Positions 44,247-58,780 of a DNA stretch of 64,000 nt are shown piece after piece. This DNA is from the human T2T-CHM13v2.0 reference genome, Homo sapiens. Each line of letters starts with the position of its first letter. Positions within the stretch are counted from its first letter, which is position 1. The notes beneath the pieces are model-generated. The model ran no database searches. It was not told the DNA's origin and saw only the letters and a list, made by a program, of their open reading frames with translations. The stretch lies in NCBI RefSeq assembly GCF_009914755.1, contig NC_060940.1. One strand, 5' to 3'. A program made the position numbers and the translations under genes.

Positions 44247-44676
44247 TGTATTAGTCGATTCTCACACTGCTATAAAGACATTCCTGAGACTGGGCAATTT
44301 ATAAAGAAGGAAGGTTTAGTTGGCTCGTGGTTCTGCAGACTGTATAGGCTTCTGCCTCTCGGGAGGCCTCAGGAAACTTACAGTTATGGCAGAAGGTGAA
44401 GGGGAAGCAGGTAATGTCTTCACATGGCTGGCACTGGAGGAAGAGAGAAAGTAGGGAGGTGGTAGATGCTTTTAAACAAACAGATCTCAGGAGAACTCTT
44501 TCACAAGACAGCACTAGGGGGATGGTGATTAGAAAGCACCTCATGATCCCGTCTACTTCCTGCAGAGAACAGACTAGCCCCCTATGCAGCACACACCTTT
44601 GTGAGGTCCCTCCTCCAACACAGGGATTACAATTCAACCTGAGACGTGGGTGGGGACACAGAGCCAAACCACACTG
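44247..44676 (-). mobile_element. MST-family (MSTA/B-like) solo LTR
   Basis: 'tgtattagtc...ctgagactgggcaatttataaag...gaggcctcaggaaacttaca...tggggacacagagccaaacc'; flanks gaaag/gaagg. Confidence 0.9.
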
Positions 44677-45447
44677 GAAGGTAAAAAAGTTGGCAACCAG
44701 AGGCTTAGAGGAGGTTCAAATCTCAAAGTGATGTCTTTCCTTTTGCATTTTGGATGGTTTAATAAATAAGATTGATACAAACACAAAGCATTAAGCAAAC
44801 AAAAGGAAATAAAAACGGCAACAAATAAAACTTCTGTGCTTTTTGAAATTTTGTTTTTGGCAGGCAACATTCCAAAGATCTTTTTCATTTAAAGTCCAGG
44901 AGTCTTCTGTGTGAACCCCACACAGGTACCTTGGAAAGACTGCATCTCCTGGATTTTGCATGGTTCTGGCTTAATGGACAACATATCAGTCATTTTTTGA
45001 GGAAAATAAATTTAAGGCTTGGTTATCGGTCCTTGAGTCAGCACATTGAGCGTTTTGTCAATTAGCTCCTCCCCCCATCTGTATGGTATGGCTTTTCCTG
45101 TAATTACAGTCAAGATCCTATAGCCGGAGGAAGGCCTGTCAATTGAGTAAGAGGCTGATGTTCATCGCACAGTGACAGCCCATTCGGAGGGTTTTAGGCC
45201 TGTCCTTAGAGAGGCTTGTTATTTCCTCTTTCGGTACTTTGTTGCAACCTAGTTCACCGCCATCAGATGAATGGAGGTTTCTTATGCTGTGGCGAAACCC
45301 AGGGGGTCAAGCCCCTCGGACATGACGTACTGCAAAGTGAGGATGTTTCATTGATTTGTATTTTTAAAATTAAAAATAATTATTTAAGCTGCATCTGTGT
45401 GCTTATAAGAAAAGATATAGAAAGATTAGTAGTAGACTGTTGTGTTC

Positions 45448-45807
<360 letters not shown>

Positions 45808-45813
45808 TCATAG

Positions 45814-46117
<304 letters not shown>

Positions 46118-47594
46118 AGGAAGATGGTCATGTTTTACTTTGAAGCAATCTGTGCTTGGTTTATTTTTTTCAGTGAGTGTGGATTACGTTTATAATTTTC
46201 AGTTACTAGTTAGGTAAAGAATCAAAATTAATAAACACATTTATAGTTCTCAGAGATTCCTTGAGAGAGGAACATCTTTAAATGGATAACCACAGTCTTC
46301 TAAACACCTGAAAGGGTGTCTTTTGCTGAATTATGGAGTTTTAGTTTTGCTTTAGAATTTTTGGATGATTAGACTTGTACTTCTTTTAGGCTATTTTTCC
46401 ACCTGGTACTATTTGGCTTTACTGAATGCCCTCATTCCCCATACACCACCTTGTTTTGTTCAGATTCCCCTAAGTCTTCATTCTCGTCCCACCTCCCCAT
46501 CACTCCTGACTACTTGAAACACGACTTCTGTCCTCAGAAGGCAGCAGTGTTCCCTCCTCCCGTTCATTTTTCATTTTCCCGTTGCTTAAAAAAATCAAGC
46601 ATATGTTTGCAGTCATCACTGATGTTCTGCCTCCTCTTCTAAAGTTATAGATGAGTGCCAAGTTGGCAGAGCATGTAGAAAGATCACTGCAGATGTCCTT
46701 GTCGTGTTGACCTTATTGGAGAATTTCCTATCTGTGATGACCTGTAAATGGAATTTAAGGGAGGAATCACACGTGTTAGCACGGGGTTGGCATTGCGTGG
46801 CTGTTTTCAATTAACTTGACCACTATCATAACATCAAAGGTGTGTGTACCATTCTATGACCATTGAATCTCCATGGACATGTTTTGGGAAATGGATTTGT
46901 CCCATTACACTGCTTTCTTTAGTGCATAAGATCTTGAAGGGAGGGATGCATTCTATGCACCCCAAGTTTCTGGTTTACTCGTGGTTTCAGGAGTCCCTTT
47001 AGACAACATCACTGACAACTCACTATGTAAAACCAAACAAATTATTAGCTTTCTTACTGTGTGTTTGCATTTGCTGTGCCCAGGGAAATGGGAAGTGCAT
47101 TGAGGAAGAGGCCCCAAGACATGGAGAAGTCACTCCAACTTTCCGGGAACACCTTTTGCTGTGCCATGTGCATGGAAGGAGAGGAATGAATGACTGTTGA
47201 AGCCAGATGGCCTTGCTCATTGATTCTCTCCTTTCCCGCCCTCTCAAGCCATCCAGAAGGAGAATGAAATGCTCAAATCAAGGGAGTTAACTATGGCCAA
47301 GATGTTAGTAATGGGAAACTTTGGAGGAAGGCAAAGTCAGAAATTATTCTGCAGGGAGATTTGGGGATGTTGGATGCTAAGGCCCAAGCCGTCTATTGTA
47401 TGCCTTTTGCTTTGGCATAAAACAACAGATGACCTTCTGTTAGGTGTATCTCTGCTCATGCTTGAGAGTGGTGGTGTTTGGAAAGACTCAATAGCATATG
47501 CACATGAGGAAGTTGACCAAATGATTCCACAGCGCATACTCATTTTTTGCTCTGATTCTAGCTTTTCCTCCAATTTTATTCAGAATTTGTTCTT

Positions 47595-47947
47595 TTCTTA
47601 CCTCACACCATATAGAAAAATCAACTCAAAGTGGATTGGAGACTTAAACATAAGATCTGACAGTGTAAAATTAGTAGAAGAAAACAAGGAGGAAAGCTCC
47701 ATGACACTGGTCTGCACAATGAGTGTTTTTGTATATGAACCGAAAAACAGGTAGCAAAAGCAAAAATAGACAACTGGGATTACAACAATCTAAAAAACTT
47801 CTGTACAGAAAGGAAGCAATGAACAGAGTGAAGCAGCATCCTACAGAAAGAGAGAGAAGATTTGCAAACCACACATGTGATAAGGGGTTAATATTCAAAA
47901 TGTACACACAGCGTAAATGCAAGAAAAGAATCTGATGTAAAAATGGC
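47595..47947 (+). mobile_element. Old L1M ORF2 C-terminal fragment
   Basis: Translates YLTPYRKINSKWIGDLNIR and, after frameshifts, NRVKQHPTERERRFANHTCDKGLI, matching L1 ORF2 motifs. Confidence 0.9.
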
Positions 47948-48231
47948 CCTTCCAACATCTAGCATTATTGTGTGTTGAATAAATACTTGTTCGATTAGGT
48001 CTAATCACTCTTCATGATTGGATTTCCAAAATGTGGACTCTCAGCAGTACATTACAGGGACAGTGGTTGGGTCTGGAGATGTCACCCTTAGCTGTTTTTC
48101 ACAATGAGAGGTTGTTTTATCATAAATAAATCAATAAATGGCAGATTATACACCGTAGTTACTGAGAAATATAAAAAAAAAAAAAGCCCAGATTTTAAAG
48201 GGAATTTGGTATTTTTAACAAAGCATCAGGG

Positions 48232-48653
<422 letters not shown>

Positions 48654-49009
48654 TCATGGGGCTCAGGCCAGTGATTTCACAGTTGATAGACCAGGCACAT
48701 CTCTTCCCACCCCTTCCCCACCTAGGGGCAAGGTTTTCAGGAAGAGCCCCTTTTCTAAACCACACATGGCCTGCTCACAAATCTTATGATAAAACTCTAC
48801 CCACTGAGAAGCACAAGGTGTGAGGCTATTGATGAGGAGTTGAAGGTGACAGAGACTGAGAAAGGGCTGCACACCTTTGGCCTAAAGGGTAATGAGCAAC
48901 ACACAAGGATTGGGAGATGTTCATGGCAAGAAAAATTCAGAAGGGACATTGTTGTTTCACTAATTCTGTAAAGGAGAGCAGCGGCATTTACTTAGGCCGA
49001 TTCCCCATT

Positions 49010-49184
49010 CTCTCTTTCTGTTTTTAAACAGAGACAGATCTTGCTCTGTTGCCCAGGCTGGAGTGCAGTGGCATGATGGCATGATCATAGTTCACTATAA
49101 TCTCGAACTCCTGGTTTCAAGTAGTCTTCCTGCCTTGGCCTCCCAAAATGCTAGGAATACAGGCAGGAGCCACTGTTACTGGTC
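49010..49184 (-). mobile_element. FAM/FRAM-like Alu monomer
   Basis: Single monomer with both ends; 'ggcatgat' duplicated. Confidence 0.8.
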
Positions 49185-49899
49185 TGTTTTTTTTCCTTAA
49201 ATACATAGGCAACTTCCTCGATTGTCTCTCCTTTATTGGCATTGAGAGATAAGCACAATAATGATTGTTAAGATGGAATATTATGAAGGCTCAAGGAATA
49301 CTTCTGAAGGCTTTTTGTCTATGAAGTACACGAGGTTTCTTAATAGTTTGGCCTCTGGCAAAAATGGTTTTATTGTAGTTTCATCCTTGTTGAGTCAATA
49401 ATTAACTGAGTTTGATTAAAGCTGAATTTTCCTAAGTATGAAAACCATGTGGGCCCTTCTCTTTCCTCGTGATGCACGGTGATAGTGCGTATCTAACACT
49501 TGAAGGTGTCCACGCTGGCCCTAGCTCAGTGAGATGGCTTTGCTTTGCGGGGGTGAGGGGGCGGAGGTGGTGGAAAGGCAGCAAGCTACGATGTTCTTAT
49601 GTGTGTGGCCTTGCTTCTGGTGGTGGGGTGGCACACATGCTCTGTAGTCTTTCTGGATGGGTTTGGCCCACGGGAGACCCCCTGGCTGTCCACCAGCCCC
49701 TTTGTGATAGTCTCATAGTCTTATTTGTCTTTTGGCTTGTATCCCACCTGTTCACTTTTTACCATAGCTAACCTTTCTAAGTGGTCAGGTGGGACTCATG
49801 GAGATTTTCCGTTCTTTGGAGACTAGCAGCGACTGCAGATTACTCATCAGCTGTCTCCTTGAGTCCACAATGCCGGGCGGTGGACGGGCTTCCTGCCTC

Positions 49900-50110
49900 C
49901 TGGCCCAGGGCCCCTTTGCCGGCTCTTAGTGTAGAGCACTAGTTGTACCATCTGGTAGTTGTTTGTGCCTGCGACTCTCTTCCCTATTAGGCTTTGACTC
50001 CTTAAGGATAAGAACCATGTCTTATTTTTTTTAATCTGTAGCTCCAGTATCCAGCCCAGGACTTGACACCAGCCTCTGTCAAATACATCCGTGGAACGCA
50101 TTTGTAAGAA
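49900..50110 (+). mobile_element. L2 remnant
   Basis: 'ctccttaaggataagaaccatgtctt...ctgtagctccagtatccagcccagg'. Confidence 0.7.
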
Positions 50111-51824
50111 ATCGAGGCCAAGGCACTGGAAGTCCCATTGTCTCTGGATGCTGAGACCTTGAATTTCATGCCATGGACCCCTCCCTTACATTCCGTCTTT
50201 AATGTGCTATAAATAGACATTCCTGGCCTTGCCTAAATAGGATTAAGTAGTACCAAATGGTCCTTACCGTTCTGAGGCCTCACTGAGACTCATTTTGAAT
50301 CTTTAAAGAAAGCAGTAGAGGGATGGAGAAGAAGTGGGTCAAAACCTGGTTTCTGCCTGTGGGAAAATACAAAACAACACAACAGCAAAGCAGACTAGCA
50401 TGGTTCAAAGCACACATTGAGGTTTTTGGTGTGCCATTCTAATGCATGAGCTCATTTTGAGCCAAGGATAGCTTTTTGGTGTAGAATTTTGCCAGTCCTA
50501 CGGTCAATGCAGTACTAATTGTGTGTGTGACTTTGTGCAGTGGGGAAAGGTGGGGCTTTAAAATAAAACAGAAGGTATGAATTGCTTGGCATTTGCTGTG
50601 GTTCCTAAGTCTCCATTCCGCTTGCCAAGATTAAATTGAATTATTCCCGCTGCCATTCAGTTTTACTCTGCACAAAATACAGCCAACATTTTTGCATTTC
50701 TTTCTTCCTTCCTCCTTTTCTTCTTTCTTTCCTTCCTTCCTTCCTTTCTCCCTTCATCTATCTTTGTTCCGCTTTTGTTTGTTTTTTTTTAGATCGCTGC
50801 ATGCTGCCGCGTTGGGTTAACCATGGTAGCATTTTACCATGAGAAGCCATAGCAAGATGTGCCAGGTGCATGCTGCTGGAACACCTGGCTGAGGCTCCAA
50901 CAGCATTTTCCTATGACTGAGGGTAGGGTAGGTAGATGACTCATTACAATTTATAAAATGGGGGGCTTAGCTTGGGTATCATCGTGGTTATTCCAAGCAG
51001 TCTTCCAGCTGGACTAGCTTTTCGGGAACACGTGTGTGTTTGTGCTGGAAGCCCCAGTAATATCATTTAATTCGAAAGCTTTTTTCTATGATGAATTATT
51101 CAGGCAGTGTTTACCAAAATTGTCATTGATCAGTACAGACCCAGAGAGCATGTACAACAGCGCCTGTGCTGGGCCTGCTAGGAGTCGATATTTTCTGGCT
51201 CAAAGAAGTTCCAAAAGAATTCAAAGCCAGTGTGTCTCTTTCTCTGGAAGGCCAAGTGATGCAGGTACCACGCTTAGGTCTGCTGGTGTTTAGCTTGACT
51301 TAAAACCCAGCCAGGGAAATATGTTTCACTTTGCTGGGGTGCAGGTGGAGGAGGCTATTATTCTTAGGCATTTAACAGTGAAGAATGTTGGGCAGGGCAG
51401 AGGGTCAGCTGAATGGCAGGGATTCCAGGTCTCAGTTAATGCCCACAAATTTCTGAACTTTGAACATAAATACCCTCACTGCAATACATGTTTTTCTTTC
51501 TCTCTCTTTCTTTCTTTCTCTTTTTTTTTTTTTTTTTTTTTTTGAAAAACTTTTTTGGAGCAGCACCTGCATGTTGTAAAAACACAAAATAAAAAAAAAA
51601 TAAATAAAAGCAGACCCCTTGGTTCAGATATCTTTGTTTGTGTAAATGTTTTGGCATTCTTTGTGAAAATCTTCAGATTTTCAAGAGCTTAAGATGACCT
51701 CCTCTAGCCGGCTGCAGCAGTGTCTAGGTATCTGTGAATGTGTAAGAAATTGAGACAGCCTGCAAAATAGCTCACCCAGCTTTTCTTTAAAGTTCCAACC
51801 TTTTTGCTGCCTCTCTTTCAAACT

Positions 51825-52256
51825 GTACTGCTCACTTTGGGCTGTACGTTAGAACCACCTGAGAAGTTCTTTTTCTTTCTTTTTTTTTTTTGAGGTGGAG
51901 TCTTCCTCTGTCACCCAGGCTGGAGTGCAGTGGTGGGATCTTGGCTCACTGCAACCTCTGTCTCCTGGCTTCATGCCATTCTCCTGCCTCAGCCTTCCGA
52001 GTAACTAGGATTACAGGCATCCGCCACCATGCTTGGGTAATTTTTGTACTTTTATTAGAGACAGAGTTTCACCATGTTGGCCAGGCTGGTCTCGAACTCC
52101 TGACCTGAAGTGATCCACCCACCTCAGCCTCCCAAACTGCTGGAATCTGAGAAGTTACGTGAAACTAGCGATGCCCTGGGCTAATGAAATCAGGCTCCAT
52201 GGTGGGGAAGGATGTTGCGGTGGGGTTGGGGTGGCAATGAAAGGTGAAAACCACTG
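51825..52256. mobile_element. MER5-like hAT fossil, split by an Alu
   Basis: 'ctgtacgttagaaccacctgagaag' and 'gatgccctggg...aatcagg...gaaaaccactg'. Confidence 0.55.
51870..52145 (-). mobile_element. AluS, 5'-truncated
   Basis: TSD ctgagaagtt on both sides. Confidence 0.93.
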
Positions 52257-52504
52257 TGGTCCCACCTGCCCATCGTCAGATTTCGGTTCCTCTCAGAGTT
52301 AACGTAGAAGGTTTCTGGGGGCATGGACCTGAGTCTTATCCCCTTTGCAAAAGTAAGAATTGTATCGTAGCCTGACTCAGGGTTTTAGCCAACTTCTCTG
52401 GATGCTAATGCTATTCTCTTCTTTATACTTGTCTTCCCTCCCAGGCACACATCCACTGGAGCTTTGCAGGGCCTATCTGCCCTTAGCCCTCCAATATCCT
52501 TTTC

Positions 52505-53010
52505 ATTTTCTTTAATAGTTTTATTGATATATAATGTGCCTACCATATAATTCATCTGCTTAAGGTGTACAATTCAATGGCTTTTAGTGTATTCAGAGTT
52601 TGCATCCACCATCACAATCAGTTTTAGAACATTTTCATTAACCCAAGAAAATGACCCCTTAGTCATCACCCCAAATACCTCCTCTCTCCAGTTCCTGGCA
52701 ACCACTAACCAATCTACTTGCTGTTTCTATGGATTTACCTATTCTGCGTACCTCATATAAATAGAGTGATATGTTAGTCGTCTCTTGTGTCTGGTTTCTT
52801 CCTCTTAGCATCATGTTTTGAAAGTTTATCCCTGCGACAGCATCTACCAGTTCATCATTTCTTTTTGTGGCTAAGTAATACGCCATTGTATGGATATACC
52901 ACATTTTGTGTATCCATTCATTAGTTCATGGATTTTGTGTCTATTATGAATAATGCTGCCATGAGCATCTGTGTTGTCCACAAGTTTCAGCATGGACTTC
53001 TGTTTTCATT
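52505..53010 (-). mobile_element. L1MB 3' UTR and ORF2 end
   Basis: Minus-strand ORF MWYIHTMAYYLATKRNDEL matches the L1 ORF2 C-terminus; 3' UTR 'ttttattgatatataat...gtgtacaattcaatgg'. Confidence 0.9.
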
Positions 53011-54017
53011 CCAATATCCTTTGATGACATGTCTTGGCAGTGATGTCTATGACACTGGGCAAGTGTCTTAAAATGTTGTGCATCAGAAAAAAGTCATCAT
53101 TGCCAAGGCCAGCAGATCTCGAAAAGGGGGCTGGGATACGTTGGTGATTTTTTTCATGCTCTACTTACAGTATGACTCGTAACTGTTAATGGCTGAGCTC
53201 CTCCTTAGGTGAAGAAGGAAGGCAATGGCGTTTTCTATTCTGGGCCTCCCTGCTTCCAGCGATAGCAAGGAGCGAAATGAGATGCTGTCTAAGAAAGGAA
53301 GGTGCTGCGATCTTTGATTACTACACAGCTTCGGCAGTGTTTGTATGATTAATGAGTCCATGTTTCAGACGTTCCCATTTAATGTATTTGAGCCTTCTAA
53401 CAACATTGCCTTTCATATGTTGCTGACTGTTTTTGAGATTTATGAGGCCTAACTCGCAAGCGATGTGTGTCTGGATTAAGAGAACCTGAGAATCTCTATT
53501 TATGTCTGACCCCAGGAAATTCCCTTTAAGCTGCTTATCAGAGGTGCATGCTGAGAGCATGATGGGAAGATGGAGTCTTCCATCCGCTGGTAAAATCTGG
53601 AATCTGCTCTCATTTCATTTTCACTGAACTGAAAATAAGGTAACAGACCCTCAGGTCTACCTATAAGTACCTTCCAACTGTTCCACTTTTGTAAATTTAG
53701 TTCAAATAATACATATGCTGAAATTCCTATATCCCCCCCATACTCCAGATCTTCAGTGTGGAATTTAAATATAATTCCTTATTGTAAAAAAAAAAAAATT
53801 TTTTTTGATCAAGGTGATTTTGATAAACTAAATGCATCTTTAATTTTACTCACAGCAAAGCGATTCTTTATTTTCTCTCTAAAAGCATAATTGATGTGCC
53901 ATGATCTTTGTCTTTGCATTTTTAAAACTGAAAGAACATTTCCACACCATTAGAAATAAGATTTCTTCTTAAAAATATTCACAAGGTGCAAACACTTACA
54001 TGTGTATATGCATGATT

Positions 54018-54036
54018 TCACCACCAGGGGGCATTG
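54018..54036 (+). promoter_or_regulatory. CTCF core motif
   Basis: TCACCACCAGGGGGCATTG compared with the consensus CCACCAGGGGGCGC. Confidence 0.6.
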
Positions 54037-57024
54037 TGGTTTGACTGTCCAGTTAAAGAGCCTGTGTTCTATCAGTTTACCCAGAAACTAGAAGGCCTGC
54101 GAGTATTTCTGATTCCTTCCAAGAAGGATTCATATCTGGAAGAGAACAGATGTCGACTCTTTTTCCTCTCTAGCAAACAGTAGTGTTGTCAAATTTGCTA
54201 AACTTAGCCAGTTGAAGATTAACATGCAATATATAATATGCATGCGACTAAGTGTACAATAAATAGTAAATCACATTTTTATGCTTTCTCTGAACTTGGA
54301 AGCTGCAAGTTATGTTTTTTTTATTCCCTGGGTGTGATGAAATAAATAACATTCAAATACATCTTAAAGATGTCAGTCAGGGGGAAAAAAGTGCTTGGCA
54401 ACTGTGTTTGATAGATTTCTTTTATGATTAATTCTCCTATTAAGTTTTAATGACTTCAAAGATACAAAGCTAGAAACTACAAAACTAGGCATGGTTAATA
54501 AATAACTGAAATACCAGGTGTATAGAAATGCATCTGTGGAAAAATGAAATCATATATTCTCTAGGATATATTAGGAAATGGCTCTTTGGCAAGTCTAGAG
54601 GGTAAAGTATCCCTGAAGGGGGAAAAGGTTTAAAAACAGTAAACTAAAGAAGATTGTTTTTCTGAAAGAAATTCCCAGGAGAAAGGTACTTTCTGAGATT
54701 CACATATGTAGATTACATTGTTATGAACCAACATTTATAAGCAAGCTTGATCTCTCAGAATGCGTTTGTCTATCTCAGATTTTCAAGAATCCTCGTACAA
54801 ATTGTCCAGGGTTTCCACCTCGCAGTTTTCTTCCAGGGTTGCTATGGCATGGAAAGTACATTGCTATTTTGTTATGTAAATGCTCAACAGACTGGCTCAT
54901 TCCAGAAGTGGGCGTCGTGATGCCAGTGTCTTCGTAATACTATCTTTCTTTCCCCTTTAGCACCCAGAACTTATGAAATATGACTCGGTTTATCCTGAAC
55001 ACATGTCTGTGCATCGGGGAGGATGGGAGAATTAATTCCAGTTTCTCAATTGCAAAAGTGAGGCTGGTCATGGGGCTTGGAACCACGCCACGGACGCATG
55101 AAGCCTCCCCGTTTACATGCCAAATCCAGAGCTTAGGCATCCATGCTCAGGGCTCTCTGTGGTAGGCAACAGCTGGATTATTTACTTTCTAGAATATCTC
55201 GAGTTCTTAATCTGAGCAGTTTCGAAACCAAGCCCACATTAATTAATATAAATAATGACTGGGAAACGTTGCAGGACTCCCCGGAAAAGAATGTATAAGT
55301 TGATGTGTTTTTGTATATGCTTATGTATATGCCTTTGTGCACGAAAGGAGATAAATGGTGTATTTCACACAGTTCCTTCTCCTCCTCTAAGGGATATTAT
55401 TGTTCCTGAATTTTTCTGAGCCGCCGAAGCACAATAGGGTTTAGAGCGTTCACACCAGGCAGCCCCCACTCTTCAGAACTTCAAATCTAAAGATCTTTTA
55501 AATACACAGAACTTACTTTTGAAAGCTGTGGCCCATCCCAAATGAATTCTAATCCTCAGCCTCTAGAATGCCTGGAGTGAGAAAACAGAATATTGTTCTT
55601 TTCTGTTTATATTATTTCATACTGAGTTAACACACTTGCCAAGACTCCGAGGCAGCTTCTGGCTTGACAATGCCTTCTTTAACTAGCCTAGTTTCTAGAA
55701 TAAAGTTCGGGTCCACCAGGCCCTCTGAGTGGGGCTCAGGACACTCTGAGATGGAAGAGACTGGAGAAAGCCAATCTGTTTCTCCCTGAAAATCATCTTA
55801 CTTTTTTAACGCTTCGTACCTAGATTTGGCCTGGGCAGCCCAGGGAGACTGTTCAAGCACTGGATACCTAGACTCTGCTGGGCTCTAGAGAAGTGCTGGG
55901 CTACAGCGCCCAGTGCCCTACCTCTTGGGGCCAGCCAGCCTCACCAAAAAATCAGGCTTCTGGCTTGCTCCAAACTCAGGAAGTTGCTGGGAAGTCTGGC
56001 TAGCAACACCCTCATTCCCAGTCCTGGCCATGCCTCTCTGCTCTCCCTAGCACAGGGAGCATGCAGGCTTAAGGCTGGAAGAAACCCCAAGCATTTGGCC
56101 AGGAAGAGGCAACTAGTTCCAGCTGGCCCACATACTACACTTTAAAAATTACCCAGATGATGTGATTCTGTAGAGAGAGAGTGGGTGGAGAGGACTCCAG
56201 GGCCATGGAGGAAGATTCGGCCTTTCTCTCCCTAATCATGAGCAATGTGATTTGGAGAGAGAAGGACCCGGTTGGCTCTGCAAACCGCATTTCCTTGGCT
56301 GAACGCCAGAGGAGAGAAATGATCCGGCAAGAAGACACACCATTCCCCGTCAGCCCCTACCCGACCCTTGCACCCCTGGATCTTCTGCTGAGTATCGGAT
56401 TGGTCTGCGTCCAAGAGCTCCTCGCTTGGCCAGCAGGGGCTGCCTGGAGAAGGGGAGGACAGGCTTCGAGTTTTTTGGGTAGTGACTTCTGTGGACGTGA
56501 AAAGACTGCACCAGAAATCGGAGGCAGCCCTCCAAACATAACTTGGCCTCTTCGTTCTCCCTGTGGACACACAGGCTGTGTTCTCCTGGCCAAGAGTCCA
56601 AGCGTGTTTTTGGCGCGTGCTGACACTCTATATCGCTTTTGCTTCGGAAACGAATCTGGTCAGTGACTTAGCCACTCTATAAAAATGAAGAGCAGAGCTC
56701 GAGTGCTTATAACACGTCATTTTTACCCAAGACAGAGAAGAAAAACGAAAGAGAGCCTGAGCATTCCTTTGATTCCCTGCACCCCCGGAAGGTATATTCA
56801 GAGTCTCCAAGACTGCCTCCGCCCACTCACATGTTTATGGCCCGGTGAGACCGCATCCTCCCTTTCTATATCTGTCCCTTTTCTGGATGCAGGGACACAG
56901 AATCCCCTAAGTGGGAAGAGCTTTGGAGTGGAGGCTGTTCAAAGTTCTGTGGTGATTAATTATTACCTACCCAAGGTCTGGTCATTGCTATACTTGAGTT
57001 CTTTTCAGGCTCAAGATCTCTACC

Positions 57025-57033
57025 TTTTTGTGT

Positions 57034-57068
<35 letters not shown>

Positions 57069-57353
57069 GTACAGAGTCTTGCTCTGTCGTCCAGGCTGTA
57101 GTGCAGTGGAACAATCTCTGTATGCTCCCTGCAACCTCTGGCTCCAGGTTTAAGTGATTCTCCTGCCTCAGCCTCCCAAGTAGCTGGAACTACAGGCACC
57201 TACCACCACGCCTGGCTAATTTTTTGTATTTTTAGTAGAGACGGGATTTCACCATGTTGGCCGTATTGGTCTTGAACTTCTGACCTCAAGTGATCCTCCC
57301 GCCTCAGCTGCCCAGGGTGCTGGGATCACAGGCGTGAGCCACCGTGCGCGACC
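57025..57353 (-). mobile_element. AluS with a long poly-T tail
   Basis: Alu reverse complement. Confidence 0.94.
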
Positions 57354-58179
57354 TCAGGGTCCCTTCTAACCTGTGCTGTTGTCATAAACCCTGGAGGAGA
57401 AGCAAGATCTTTCTAGCAGGAGCAACATCATCCCAAATAAAGTGATAGACTTTGATAGTGTTCTTCTATTCATTCAACCAACAGAGAACAAATGAAAAGA
57501 ATCAGGAGTCTATTGAGGAGACAGAACATGAGTGATTTCTGTGTGCTGACTATATTTAAAGACAAGATTAGCAGTAATATATAAACGTAAATAAGAATTT
57601 TTTTCCCCAGCCAAGAACCATAGATTGGACTTCACATTCAAAATGTAAATTGTGCCTAGGAAACATCAATGCTTATTTTAAGCAACTGACCCTTGGGATA
57701 AAAATAAAAAGTCAAAAGGAAACAAACAATGTTACTGAGAAGTGATAGAATATTCTAGTTTATATCTCAGTCATATTACAGCTCTGGCATTTCTGGGGAA
57801 CACTTTAGAATACTTCCACTCCGGTTGGTCCATAAAAAGCTGCCTGTGTTTTTATGTTTTGAAAATACACGCAGAGAGACCCACTGCATGTCTTATTAGG
57901 CATCTTATCCTTGAGTAAGCAGGCATGCAACATCAGTGTCACACACATATCACCCCCATACTCGACATTCTTTGAGAAATGCCTTGGTCCCGTCTCCAGC
58001 CAGATCAGCATTGCACCTCTTGGCATGCGTTCTTACCTGTTGAGGATTTGCTTGAATTATAATATGGTAGAGGAGGAAACACAGTCTTACTGTGCCGTGT
58101 GCTGAGCGCAGAGCCATTCTCAGCATCCTGCCTTGATTAATAAGGCGTGAAAGATCCTCCGAATTAGCACCTGTTCAGA

Positions 58180-58780
<601 letters not shown>

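Noticed and set aside
47269-47935. 161-aa and 70-aa ORFs with L1 ORF2 similarity
   Set aside because: A short, frameshifted fossil L1 piece with no EN or RT domain, so not an active element or host CDS.
52201-52235. G-rich stretch as a G-quadruplex
   Set aside because: Only three runs of three or more G, with a long loop.
56181-56666. 161-aa ORF with overlapping antisense ORFs
   Set aside because: GTG start and no recognisable family; several frames stay open because the region is GC-rich. It is better explained as regulatory DNA.
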